This document shows positions 55,693-64,000 of a DNA stretch of 64,000 nucleotides, piece by piece. Source of the stretch: Candidatus Campbellbacteria bacterium (GTDB taxonomy: Bacteria; Patescibacteriota; Minisyncoccia; Phycocordibacterales; EsbW-18); assembly GCA_016699465.1 (NCBI GenBank), contig CP064977.1, positions 745,116 through 809,115 on the forward strand, given 5' to 3'. The translations under genes and the position numbers were made by a program. A model generated the notes under the pieces. It had not been told where the DNA came from and ran no database searches. It saw only the letters and a program-made list of their open reading frames with translations. Every line of letters starts with the position of its first letter. The first letter of the stretch is position 1.

Positions 55693-56715
55693 ATGAATCA
55701 GGATCAAGAAAAAATGAACTCAGAATCAATTGAAGACCTCATGTCTCCAAAACAGCAGGAGATTTGGAGGTATATTTCGGTTACCGGCGAAGCGAGCCCG
55801 GGTGATATTGTAAAAGCAACCGATATCGCAATGTCGACTGTGCGAAAATCTCTTGAGCGTCTTGTAGAGCTCAAGAAAATAAAAAGGGTTGGCCTTGGCC
55901 GCGCCACTCGGTACGCAAGAATTGAACAATCAACTTCTCTAGTGGCGTCTAATACAGCACTCGATGATACTCTTGAAAAGAAAAATCTAGAACGAGCTAT
56001 TACAGAAAAAGAAAAACAGCTTGCCGAGATACTTGAGCATACTGAAAAAATAAAAGTTGATTTGTCCGTGACAAAATATGAATATGATATAAAAATCGGA
56101 CGTCTTTATCTTAAGCTCGATGAAGTAGAACTTGAAATACTTAAATTGAAGAAAATCGGAGATCTAATCGATCAAGGTCTTTCGTTCGAGGAAGCAAAGA
56201 AAAAAGTTGATGAGAGTCTGCAGAAACGTAAGGAACATATTGAAGAGGAATATAGGAAACTCGAAGACGAAGAAAAAAATATAAAAGGGAAAAAACATGT
56301 ATCTGAGTATGAGCAAGAAGAAATAAAGAGACTGTATCGCAAGCTAGCTCACAAGTTTCATCCTGACCTTAATAAAGGAGACGACGTTATGATGAAAAAG
56401 GTAAACCAGGCTTATGCCGACAACGATCTCGAATCTCTTCGCGCGATTGATGAGAGTCGATTTGCTGAGGATACTGTGATTAGGACGATAGACAAACTGA
56501 AAGAGAAACTCGCTAAACTCGAGGCTGCTGTTGTGAAAGCAAATCAACAGTACATTCTTTTGAAAAAATCAGAATGGTATGTACTTAAGGAAAATATCGA
56601 ATCCTCACTACTTCAAAAACGTAATTTACTTCATGAGCTTGCAGACAAGGTCCTTACTGAAATCGCCAAGAAACAAAATCAGCTTGCTGAGCTGAAGAAA
56701 AAATATGGACAATAA
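55693..56715 (+). CDS. wHTH plus J-domain (HPD) coiled-coil protein
   Basis: N-terminal winged helix (PGDIVKATDIAMSTVRKSLERLVELKKIKR). J-domain signature YRKLAHKFHPDLNKGDD...VNQAY. Extensive coiled coil. Confidence 0.55.
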   Translation: MNQDQEKMNSESIEDLMSPKQQEIWRYISVTGEASPGDIVKATDIAMSTVRKSLERLVELKKIKRVGLGRATRYARIEQSTSLVASNTALDDTLEKKNLERAITEKEKQLAEILEHTEKIKVDLSVTKYEYDIKIGRLYLKLDEVELEILKLKKIGDLIDQGLSFEEAKKKVDESLQKRKEHIEEEYRKLEDEEKNIKGKKHVSEYEQEEIKRLYRKLAHKFHPDLNKGDDVMMKKVNQAYADNDLESLRAIDESRFAEDTVIRTIDKLKEKLAKLEAAVVKANQQYILLKKSEWYVLKENIESSLLQKRNLLHELADKVLTEIAKKQNQLAELKKKYGQ

Positions 56716-57364
56716 ACTGATTAAATCGCCATACTATTCGCTTGAAAAGCTGAGCGAAGATTCGAGACTTGTAAAACGAGGTCTTCGTGATTTGAGCGTA
56801 TGGCCAAAAATCGAATCTCTTTTTAACGAACTGAAACGCAAATATGAGATAAAAGATATTGACGGTTGCATTCAGCTTGCCAGGGAAATACTCGCTACTG
56901 ATCCCTGTCATTTCTTTACCCGGTGCTATTACGGAAGGTGTCTGTACGAAAAAGACGACTATGAAAAATCGGCCGAGATGCTGGGGCAGTGTATTGAAGA
57001 AGAAAGGGGGTACTTTTTTCTCTGGAAATTCAGAGCAGATGCATATATGAAGATGAAAAGGTATGAGCAGGCCCTATCAGATCTCAAGGAATCACTGGTC
57101 ATTGATCCAGGAAACGGTGCAACTCTCGATGACATTGCTCAGTGCCTGTACTTCATGGGCAAATTTAATGAGGCTTACGAATTTATCGACAAGGCAATAG
57201 AGATCGAGAGAGACAGCGAAATGCCTATGGTCCGGAAAGGCCAGTTTTTTGAGTATCAGGGTAGAATAAAAGAGGCGGTAGAACAATACAGTATGGCAGC
57301 GCACGAATTTCCAACCGCCGAATTTGCAAGGAAAAAAGTAATTGAGCTCTCAAAAACATTATGA
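56705..57364 (+). CDS. TPR-repeat protein
   Basis: Several 34-aa W/L/G/Y/A/F/A/P-patterned repeats (YYGRCLYEKDDYEKSAEML..., ADAYMKMKRYEQALSDL...). Confidence 0.5.
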   Translation: MDNKLIKSPYYSLEKLSEDSRLVKRGLRDLSVWPKIESLFNELKRKYEIKDIDGCIQLAREILATDPCHFFTRCYYGRCLYEKDDYEKSAEMLGQCIEEERGYFFLWKFRADAYMKMKRYEQALSDLKESLVIDPGNGATLDDIAQCLYFMGKFNEAYEFIDKAIEIERDSEMPMVRKGQFFEYQGRIKEAVEQYSMAAHEFPTAEFARKKVIELSKTL

Positions 57365-58260
57365 ACAAAGACAAGAGCCTACAAAAAATACCTGAATATT
57401 CGCTAGACAAGATCATCACAAAATCTGATCTTGCTACTCGTGGAATGAGGGAACTTGGACTTCTAAAGAATAAGAAGCACTACACAATTATTTATGTATG
57501 CCAATTTTGCGGAAAGCTCATTAATTACTCCTCAACGCCATGTATTTATTGTGGAAAATTTCCAAAAACCAAAAGAGAAGTTGTGATTGCACAGGCTCTT
57601 TCAAGCGAGAGTATGAGCATTGGGGATCAGCTTTACACATCATCTCTTGTTAAAAGAGGTGAGGACCTAGAAATTGCTATTGATAAGCTCCGAGAAATTA
57701 TTGACCGAATTACCGAGCAGAAGGAGCCGGAACAGCCATATAAAATGCTATTTGCAATATCCGCTGACATGGCAGACCGAACCAATAGAGACGAAAGGAC
57801 ACAACGAATTATCGCCATGACAACTCCACAGTGTCTGGTTTGCGAAAAGAGAATCGCTTTTCTGCGTGACAAATGCGACAAATGTGGGACAGATTTTTCC
57901 GATGTGCAAAAGGTCGTTCTTGCGATAAGGCAGATTCTCGAGTTTATAGAAATCTTTCTTGATGATGATGGCGAGGACGAAGAAAGTCTCGAAGAACTTA
58001 TATTCGTACTGGTTTATACAATCAATAGGGCAGTAGAAAATGATGAGTACCCTGACCAAGAACAATTTAAATATATTTACGAGTTACTTCACAAAACCCG
58101 TTATCTTATTACTCGGCGCCAGGGAGTTGGGGTCGAGATAAAGAATGGCGAAGCGGGGAGGATCGGTGGGTCAGATGGAGATGCTAAAACAAGAGAGGAT
58201 TTTCTATCTGTACTTTTAGCTTTTAATACAGATCACTTATTGCAACAATTAAAACAATAA
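57361..58260 (+). CDS. Zinc-ribbon-containing hypothetical protein
   Basis: CQFCGK...CIYCGK and CLVCEK...CDKCG pairs. Confidence 0.45.
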   Translation: MNKDKSLQKIPEYSLDKIITKSDLATRGMRELGLLKNKKHYTIIYVCQFCGKLINYSSTPCIYCGKFPKTKREVVIAQALSSESMSIGDQLYTSSLVKRGEDLEIAIDKLREIIDRITEQKEPEQPYKMLFAISADMADRTNRDERTQRIIAMTTPQCLVCEKRIAFLRDKCDKCGTDFSDVQKVVLAIRQILEFIEIFLDDDGEDEESLEELIFVLVYTINRAVENDEYPDQEQFKYIYELLHKTRYLITRRQGVGVEIKNGEAGRIGGSDGDAKTREDFLSVLLAFNTDHLLQQLKQ

Positions 58261-58261
58261 T

Positions 58262-59260
58262 ATGGAAAAAACAAATCAAATTAATTCAGTGGGGGCGCGA
58301 CAGAAGATATTCGGACTTTTAGGAAAATACTGGTGGGTACTACTCATAATTGCAATAGGTCTTTTTGCATGGATGGGAGCTCCGGTCCTCCGCTATATTC
58401 TTTACGGAATAGGAATCATTGTGGCGCTTATGATTTTTGCACCGTTCGTTGTCCAGCTTTTTGCTCCAGCCCTCTACTCAATTTCCTTGCTCACTGATCA
58501 CTTTAAACAATCAAAAGGACAGTCTGTGGGAAAGCGCTACTTCTTTCTACCAGCATCTATTGTGGCTGTTGTCGGGTTTGTCACTGCACAAAGTATTCTT
58601 TCAATATGGGTTTTTCTCACCAGCTTCTTTATATGGACATCGGTCGTTGGAGTTTTCTTCAGCTTTATCGGAATATTCTTTTTCGGCCTCGCACCGATCG
58701 CTATAGTCACTGCTCCCTTTGTTGTCTGGATCAAGATTGGCCTAGTTGAATTTATAGCAGTCCTGATATTCTTCCTGACCGCACTATTCTGGTATGGATT
58801 TTCTAAAATGGCATTTCCAGACCATTCATGGAACTCTACACCTGATGATTTCCTTGGCTACTCACCACACACATTTCTTCTCGGAGCACTTTCCTTTCAA
58901 GTTATTGCGCTCCCTTTCTATCACTTTGAGGCAATGGGCATAGGAAACTTTATCTCGGACTTTGGAGGCTTTATCTTTCTTGTTCTTGCTCTCATAGCAT
59001 CATTTAAATGGCGGTCCGCAAAAAAGAAACTCTCGCCGGCTGAAAAAGAAAATCTTTATCGCCCTTCTGCATGGGTATTCTTCCTCGGATTTATGGTTAC
59101 AAACCTACTCTATATGCAATTTCAGCAGGTTTATGATGCACCAACTGCTGTGTTGTTCTGGCTCAACGGCTTCTTCCTAGTCGTGTTGATCGGAAGATTT
59201 TTTGGAATGTTTAAAAAGAAGAAGCAAATTGAACTTGTGCCCACCGTTCATACCGATTAA
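58262..59260 (+). CDS. Polytopic membrane protein
   Basis: ~8 hydrophobic segments. 332 aa. Confidence 0.5.
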   Translation: MEKTNQINSVGARQKIFGLLGKYWWVLLIIAIGLFAWMGAPVLRYILYGIGIIVALMIFAPFVVQLFAPALYSISLLTDHFKQSKGQSVGKRYFFLPASIVAVVGFVTAQSILSIWVFLTSFFIWTSVVGVFFSFIGIFFFGLAPIAIVTAPFVVWIKIGLVEFIAVLIFFLTALFWYGFSKMAFPDHSWNSTPDDFLGYSPHTFLLGALSFQVIALPFYHFEAMGIGNFISDFGGFIFLVLALIASFKWRSAKKKLSPAEKENLYRPSAWVFFLGFMVTNLLYMQFQQVYDAPTAVLFWLNGFFLVVLIGRFFGMFKKKKQIELVPTVHTD

Positions 59261-59264
59261 TTTT

Positions 59265-60464
59265 ATGATTAATTTTTTCAATAAAAAATTCAAAGACGAC
59301 AAGACTGCAGATGCATATGAGCGGGGAATTTCCTATCAGCGTGCCGGCGACTACAAAGCGGCAATCCAGAAGCTTCTTGAGGCAGTAAATGACGATCCGG
59401 CTTTTGTTGAGGCTTACAACAGTCTGGGGCTTACATTTAAAAAGATGGGGGATTTTGATAATGCAATAAAATACTACAACTTGGGAATCGAGGCATACTT
59501 CCAGACTATCTACGATGAAATAAAAATGAAGCCAGTGAGAGAGGTCAGCAATCGATATGCTTCGACCCATTCTGAAACATGGATGGATGTTGCCACTCAG
59601 ATAGCAATAAAAAACAGTGCGAGAGACGGAATAAAGAATGCAAAATTTCCGACTGGTGAAAACGCTCTAAAAATGTCTGGGCAGAATTATATCGCAGGAC
59701 AGGCATTCCATGATGAAAAAGATACACGATACATCCTACCGGCATATTTCAGTGCTGTTTATGAGGCTCTCAAGTCAAGCATTCTTTATTCCATACTCGT
59801 AAATAACGCGGGAACAGTTTTTGCAGAAGAAGGAGACAAAGTGCAGGCCGCCAAATGCTTCAAGGAATCAATGGAATTTATTCCCGATGGAGCAGAATAT
59901 AACGATCCTATGCTCGGCCTACAAGAACTTGGATCGACTACAGACTACGATTCCGGCGAGAAAAGTTTTGTAGCTAAGCTAACAGAAAGACTCGAAAAAT
60001 TCGCTGATTCGAAGGGCAAGATCATATGTTCTAAATGTGGAGAAACTGCTCCATTCTTCGGAATGAGGGGTCATTGTCTAAATTGCAATGAATCATTCGA
60101 TAATAGCCGACGCGCGGATCAGCTCCTTGTAGCCTTAGAGTATCTCTATACCTTTATTGATGAATGCGATGAGTCACTTCATATACATAAAGACGCGGTA
60201 CTAAACGCACTCGCAAATTTTCAGAAAAAAATTAATGATTCCCAGATCTATCCCGAGGAAAGTGACATGGATTCCTTGAGGCATTTAATAAGAGATCTAG
60301 GCCAGATTGGCGGTAATAAATGCGGAGGTGCGATAGATATACCAAAGGATGGTAAATTTGGAATACATCTGCTGCAGAAGGACGGTATGGTTTCCAAGGA
60401 CGCGGCTGAACTTTTGAGTCCGGTACTTTTATCAATAATGTTTATCACTAAAACCTATAACTAA
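59265..60464 (+). CDS. TPR-like plus zinc-ribbon protein
   Basis: ATG at 59265 (MINFFNKKF...). N-terminal TPR-like helices (AYERGISYQRAGDYKAAIQ..., AYNSLGLTFKKMGDFDNAIKYY). CSKCG...CLNCN ribbon. Confidence 0.45.
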   Translation: MINFFNKKFKDDKTADAYERGISYQRAGDYKAAIQKLLEAVNDDPAFVEAYNSLGLTFKKMGDFDNAIKYYNLGIEAYFQTIYDEIKMKPVREVSNRYASTHSETWMDVATQIAIKNSARDGIKNAKFPTGENALKMSGQNYIAGQAFHDEKDTRYILPAYFSAVYEALKSSILYSILVNNAGTVFAEEGDKVQAAKCFKESMEFIPDGAEYNDPMLGLQELGSTTDYDSGEKSFVAKLTERLEKFADSKGKIICSKCGETAPFFGMRGHCLNCNESFDNSRRADQLLVALEYLYTFIDECDESLHIHKDAVLNALANFQKKINDSQIYPEESDMDSLRHLIRDLGQIGGNKCGGAIDIPKDGKFGIHLLQKDGMVSKDAAELLSPVLLSIMFITKTYN

Positions 60465-60465
60465 A

Positions 60466-61335
60466 ATGATTGCTCCAATTAAAAATTTTATGAAAAAATA
60501 TGCAAGCAAAACGATCCGATATGTAGTCGCATCCATCGCTTTTATTGCACTGAGTTTTATCAGCTATGCAATATATGACAGTGTGATGTATGGTGGTACC
60601 GATTCAACAGATCAATATGTTACGGATGCAGACTCTGACTGCTCAGTGCTGGGAATAAATTTGCACGGGGATCTCTATACCTATATCCCAAGTACAAACA
60701 GCGAAGATCCTACAGAGGACAGTGATGTTGTGGCAAGCGAGGAAATAATGGGCCTAATAGAGCAGGCCAACGATGATGAGAATATCAAAGGAATAATTGT
60801 AGAGGTGGATTCTTTTGGAGGTTACCCTGTTGCAGGGGAGGAAGTTGCAAATGCAATTAAAGCGTCCAGGAAGCCGGTGGTTGCCTTTATAAGACAAAGT
60901 GGAACTTCTGCAGCGTACTGGGCAGTAATTACTGCCGATCGAATATTTGCATCAAAAAATTCAGATATCGGAAGCATAGGTGTTACGATTTCCTATCTCG
61001 AGAATGTTGGGAAAAATGAAAAAGACGGACTTTCATATGTTCAGCTGAGCGCAGGTAAATATAAGGATGCCGGTAGTCCAGACAAGCCGCTTACCGCGGA
61101 AGAAAAGGCTTTAATAATTAGAGATTTGAAAATTATCCATGAGAATTTTATCAAGGAAGTTTCAGAAAACAGAGATATCCCCATTGAAAAGGTTCGAGCT
61201 ATAGCGGACGGATCATCGGTCCTGGGCGAGCGAGCAAAAGAACTCGGACTGATCGATGAAATCGGCGGATATTCGGAAGCAAAGAGTTACATAGAGAAAG
61301 AGATAGGCGAAAAAGCAGAAATTTGTTGGCAGTAA
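60466..61335 (+). CDS. sppA: Signal peptide peptidase SppA (S49 family)
   Basis: N-terminal TM. IKGIIVEVDSFGGYPVAGEEV...AAYWAVITADRIFASKNSDIGSIGV matches the S49 Ser/Lys dyad region. Confidence 0.75.
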   Translation: MIAPIKNFMKKYASKTIRYVVASIAFIALSFISYAIYDSVMYGGTDSTDQYVTDADSDCSVLGINLHGDLYTYIPSTNSEDPTEDSDVVASEEIMGLIEQANDDENIKGIIVEVDSFGGYPVAGEEVANAIKASRKPVVAFIRQSGTSAAYWAVITADRIFASKNSDIGSIGVTISYLENVGKNEKDGLSYVQLSAGKYKDAGSPDKPLTAEEKALIIRDLKIIHENFIKEVSENRDIPIEKVRAIADGSSVLGERAKELGLIDEIGGYSEAKSYIEKEIGEKAEICWQ

Positions 61336-61340
61336 CTAAA

Positions 61341-61622
61341 ATGATTGGCACACACTCTAAAACAATTATTGATACTATCAGAATAGCGAGGCCTGTACAT
61401 GCATGGCGTACAGTTCTTTTTAACTGCGACTGTCATACGTTTGATGCTGTTATCGAGCAGATCATGAAGGCAATAAACTGTTCAGAGTCAACTGCATCCC
61501 AACTTGCCAATGTGGCGGATCAGCTAGGTAGTGTCACTGTCTTTACAGGAGCTAAAGAGAGATGTGAGGCGATCGCAAATGTGCTCGGTGCTATCAGATT
61601 GAAGGTTGATGTTACTCAATGA
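61341..61622 (+). CDS. clpS: ClpS-like ATP-dependent Clp protease adaptor
   Basis: VLFNCDCHTFDAVIEQIM...ASQLANVADQLGSVTVFTG...AEAIANVL fits the ClpS pattern (VLLNDD.T...FV...L...A......VH..G.AVV). ATG at 61341. Confidence 0.55.
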   Translation: MIGTHSKTIIDTIRIARPVHAWRTVLFNCDCHTFDAVIEQIMKAINCSESTASQLANVADQLGSVTVFTGAKERCEAIANVLGAIRLKVDVTQ

Positions 61623-61637
61623 AATTAATTTAATATT

Positions 61638-62462
61638 ATGGCATCAATAAAAGATTACGAAGGATTTGAAATAAAGATAACGCCTGAATATGTAAATTGG
61701 TGGTCTTATTACATAGAATTTTTGTATAAAAATAAGCCTCTATTTAATCCTGAATTGATAAGAGCTGACCAGCGGTCTCACGAATACAGTAGTTGGGCGC
61801 TACTACCAATGCTTGAGAAAGCAATAGAATGCACAACGCCGGATGAAAAATTTGGATGGGGAGAATGGGAAGATGAGTCAGCAATTACGATTGAGTATAA
61901 AAAAATTAATAAACAGGCAACGGACGGGTTCTTCATATTTGAAGCCTTTATTTCATCCTTCTTTTTCAGCGAAGGAAGTAGCAACACTATGGATCAACCA
62001 GCTGGTCTTAGGTTGATGATTCTTGAGCGAGATGAGCTCAAAAAGTTTTACAACGACCTTAAATTAGAAATGGCAACAGTCGTCCGATCTCTGACACATC
62101 CTAGGGAGATAACTGGATCGCAACCAATAGAAAAGACGCAGACAGTTAAAATGGCCGATCTGAACGTGGATATGCCGATAAAGCATGGTGAATTGCCACT
62201 GGCTCTAGTAAACAAGATAAAGAACTTTAAACAAATGCTGGGTGATATGGATCAGACATCTTTAGAGGGGACACTGGAGAATTTTCGTCGAGATACAAAT
62301 CCAGAAAAGGAAATTGCGATCTGGGAAAGCATTGCGACGGTATATAAGGATTCTGTTTCAAAAAATCCACATATGACGTTTGAGGAAAAACGAGCGATAT
62401 ACAGAGATTTGCTTCAGCGATCAATGGAGACAAACCCCATAAAGGTAACTCGCCAGGAATAG
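61638..62462 (+). CDS. Hypothetical protein
   Basis: 274-aa ORF. Confidence 0.45.
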   Translation: MASIKDYEGFEIKITPEYVNWWSYYIEFLYKNKPLFNPELIRADQRSHEYSSWALLPMLEKAIECTTPDEKFGWGEWEDESAITIEYKKINKQATDGFFIFEAFISSFFFSEGSSNTMDQPAGLRLMILERDELKKFYNDLKLEMATVVRSLTHPREITGSQPIEKTQTVKMADLNVDMPIKHGELPLALVNKIKNFKQMLGDMDQTSLEGTLENFRRDTNPEKEIAIWESIATVYKDSVSKNPHMTFEEKRAIYRDLLQRSMETNPIKVTRQE

Positions 62463-62564
62463 AAGGATGTGCTATGCTCTAAACACAAATGCAACGCTTT
62501 AGATTTAACTAGCCGCCAATGAAAATCGCACCTCTTGCGATTCTTCTTGGTGGCTTTTCTATTT

Positions 62565-62638
62565 GCCGTTGTAGCTCAATGGAAGAGCATACCCTTGAAA
62601 CGGGTGGGACAGAAGTTCGATTCTTCTCAACGGCACCA
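62565..62638 (+). tRNA. tRNA-Phe (GAA), CCA encoded
   Basis: Acceptor GCCGTTG/CAACGGC. D-arm GCTC-AATGGAA-GAGC. Anticodon arm TACCC-TTGAAAC-GGGTG. T-arm AGAAG-TTCGATT-CTTCT. Discriminator A plus CCA. Confidence 0.8.
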
Positions 62639-62639
62639 C

Positions 62640-62712
62640 GCCCTCGTGGTCCAATGGATAGGATGCCTCTGTTCTAATGAGGAAGGTGCAGGTTCAAGTC
62701 CTGCCGAGGGCA
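62640..62712 (+). tRNA. tRNA-Arg (TCT), no encoded CCA
   Basis: Acceptor GCCCTCG/CGAGGGC. D-arm GTCC-AATGGATA-GGAT. Anticodon stem CCTC(T)/(T)GAGG with loop GTTCTAA. T-arm GCAGG-TTCAAGT-CCTGC. Only 1 nt separates it from tRNA-Phe. Confidence 0.65.
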
Positions 62713-62734
62713 CACATAAAATGTTTCTAAGATA

Positions 62735-63019
62735 TTAACTTTTATCATTTATTTCTGTGATTCCTTTAAACGCCTCAATTTCCATCTGAACATGACGATA
62801 CAGTTCGTCGGAAATATCTTCATTCTTAAATTCCACTTTGCGCTTTAGATTGTTGACTTCTAAGTACAGTCGTCGTTTTTTGTCCTCAAAATCGTAGAGG
62901 ACAATCAAAGTAAAAGAGCCGTCGAGTTTTTCATGGTACCAGAGTGTTGCTTTTTCTCCTTCCCAAATATGCCCATTTTTCCGTAAGTCTTTAAATGGAT
63001 CAAATTCGATTTTTTGCAT
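62735..63019 (-). CDS. Hypothetical protein (94 aa)
   Basis: Only minus-strand ORF in this stretch. Charged, protein-like composition. Confidence 0.45.
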   Translation of the reverse strand: MQKIEFDPFKDLRKNGHIWEGEKATLWYHEKLDGSFTLIVLYDFEDKKRRLYLEVNNLKRKVEFKNEDISDELYRHVQMEIEAFKGITEINDKS

Positions 63020-63102
63020 ACTTTGAATTTAACATATTAATCTTGCCGCTCGTAATGTCCTTCTAGAGACTTTTTATGTAAGAATGGTATAATCAAGTTA
63101 AG

Positions 63103-63423
63103 ATGATTCCAGAAGAAGAAAAAAACGCCATATGGGCTGAAATTAAGCAGAAGTCTCCTGATCTAATCAAGGTTTTTCTTTCTATAAAAAATGAGGACGA
63201 GCTCAAAGCTTTTTTCCGCGATCTTATGAGCGAACGTGATCTCCGTGAATTCGCTATGCGATGGGAGGTTGCAAAGAAACTAGATGCCGGCGTTCCGTTT
63301 TCGCAGATTCAGGAAGAATCCGGTGAGTCTCCAGTCACTATCACAAAAATAAATCGCTGGCTCAAAGAAGGCTGTGGAGGATATAAAATGATGATTGATC
63401 GCCTCAAGGGCGAGGAAAAATAA
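63103..63423 (+). CDS. YerC/YecD-family TrpR-like regulator
   Basis: ...LMSERDLREFAMRWEVAKKL..GVPFSQIQEESGESPVTITKINRWLKEG matches the Trp-repressor-like YerC/YecD pattern. Confidence 0.6.
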   Translation: MIPEEEKNAIWAEIKQKSPDLIKVFLSIKNEDELKAFFRDLMSERDLREFAMRWEVAKKLDAGVPFSQIQEESGESPVTITKINRWLKEGCGGYKMMIDRLKGEEK

Positions 63424-63512
63424 ACTAGTAAGCTCAGCAATAACAATATACAATAAACTCGGCCAAGTTCTTTTTATTGTCCGAAACAAAACTCTAAACA
63501 AGGGAGGGTTCC

Positions 63513-64000
63513 ATGAAGTCAGCAAATCAGAAGGCTCGTCATGGAACCTGCGTGGTTTCCTTTGACGTAGCAAGCAGTTTTCAGTCTTTCCGCACAAAAG
63601 GCCTGAGAGTCCTCGAAAAGGGTGACCCAATCTTTGCTCGTCTACGCCAAAACCTACTCGATGTGGTAGTGAAGGCAATGCCGAACATCGAGATATGTCC
63701 AATCGACAAGGATGAGTTTAGGTCCAAGATCTGGGAGCAGGTCAATCGGCGAGTTATCGGCAGCAATCGACACGCTGTTCTGGTTACTTGTTCAGAGATG
63801 GCAGAGCTCAACCTGAACGAAGGCTTAAGCCTTAGTATCAACCGACTGTTCGATACAGACGGAAACATGCTCGGGTACGGTCCTCGACCAGGTTTTGAAT
63901 ATCTGAATAGGCAATTTGACGAGCTTGCTCGAAAGATCGCCGGCAGACCAGTTGTTCTAGCCAAGGAAGGAGCCTTCAGGGGCCACACTTGCCAGCTTAT
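63513..64000 (+). CDS. Hypothetical protein, 3' truncated by the window end
   Basis: Strong SD agggaggg 5 nt before ATG 63513. Frame open to the window end (MKSANQKARHGTCVVSFDVASSFQ...). Preferred over the antisense tabulated ORF 63581..63988. Confidence 0.5.
   Translation, partial: MKSANQKARHGTCVVSFDVASSFQSFRTKGLRVLEKGDPIFARLRQNLLDVVVKAMPNIEICPIDKDEFRSKIWEQVNRRVIGSNRHAVLVTCSEMAELNLNEGLSLSINRLFDTDGNMLGYGPRPGFEYLNRQFDELARKIAGRPVVLAKEGAFRGHTCQL

Noticed and set aside
63581-63988. 135-aa minus-strand ORF at the window end
   Set aside because: The opposite strand has an ORF with a strong SD (agggaggg) and protein-like composition from ATG 63513 to the window end. The minus ORF is Ser/Arg/Leu-rich antisense-like.
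1-64000. CRISPR array search
   Set aside because: No short direct repeats with regular 25-50-bp spacing were seen. The only regular periodicities are the 414-bp and ~295-bp coding repeats. The Cas4-like gene is stand-alone.

Overview
This 64-kb window appears to come from a low-GC, small-genome bacterium with Gram-positive-type envelope genes (sortase, tatC/tatA). Assigning it to Candidate Phyla Radiation / Patescibacteria would be inference only. Almost every gene is on the + strand.

Content, left to right:
- (i) A cell-surface locus: a sortase followed by an 898-aa surface protein. That protein has three tandem ~95-aa beta-sandwich-like repeats, a poly-Gly linker, and a sorting-signal-like 'VPYTG + TM + RRR' segment in the middle of the protein.
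- (ii) A Tat locus: a candidate KR-variant Tat substrate, a 949-aa repeat protein, tatC, and two tandem tatA paralogs.
- (iii) A cellulosome-like cohesin/dockerin module. A 1344-aa secreted protein carries about 5.5 near-identical 414-bp tandem repeats and a C-terminal double-segment dockerin. It is followed by two membrane-anchored proteins that each carry a cohesin-like domain.
- (iv) An unusual phosphotransfer gene cluster: a GHKL ATPase fused to a PEP-utilizer swivel domain, an unknown protein, a PGAM-like histidine phosphatase, and a stand-alone PPDK-N/ATP-grasp domain protein.
- (v) ychF followed by a clean intrinsic terminator.
- (vi) A siphovirus-like prophage of about 26 kb (~23.0-49.6 kb). 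It encodes a Sak4-like ATPase, a replication organiser, RusA, a ParB-MTase, a Dcm methyltransferase with a basic insertion, TerS/TerL, a portal-MuF fusion, a prohead protease, an HK97-type capsid, a connector, gp10, a tail tube, a G/GT chaperone with a canonical -1 slippery site, a tape measure, a distal tail protein, a collar tail fibre, a Gly-rich fibre, and a lysis cassette with a papain-like endolysin carrying a PG_binding_1 domain. No integrase is visible in the window.
- (vii) A defence island: a DpnII-like Dam plus DpnA-like methyltransferase pair on the minus strand with no obvious REase, an RloC-like anticodon nuclease with a CxxC zinc hook, a Cas4-like PD-(D/E)xK nuclease with a four-Cys cluster, and a DUF559-like protein.
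- (viii) A J-domain/wHTH, TPR, Zn-ribbon, membrane operon, then sppA, clpS, a tandem tRNA-Phe(GAA)/tRNA-Arg(TCT) pair, and a YerC/TrpR-like regulator.

All functional calls rest on motif and architecture recognition by eye. No database search was run.
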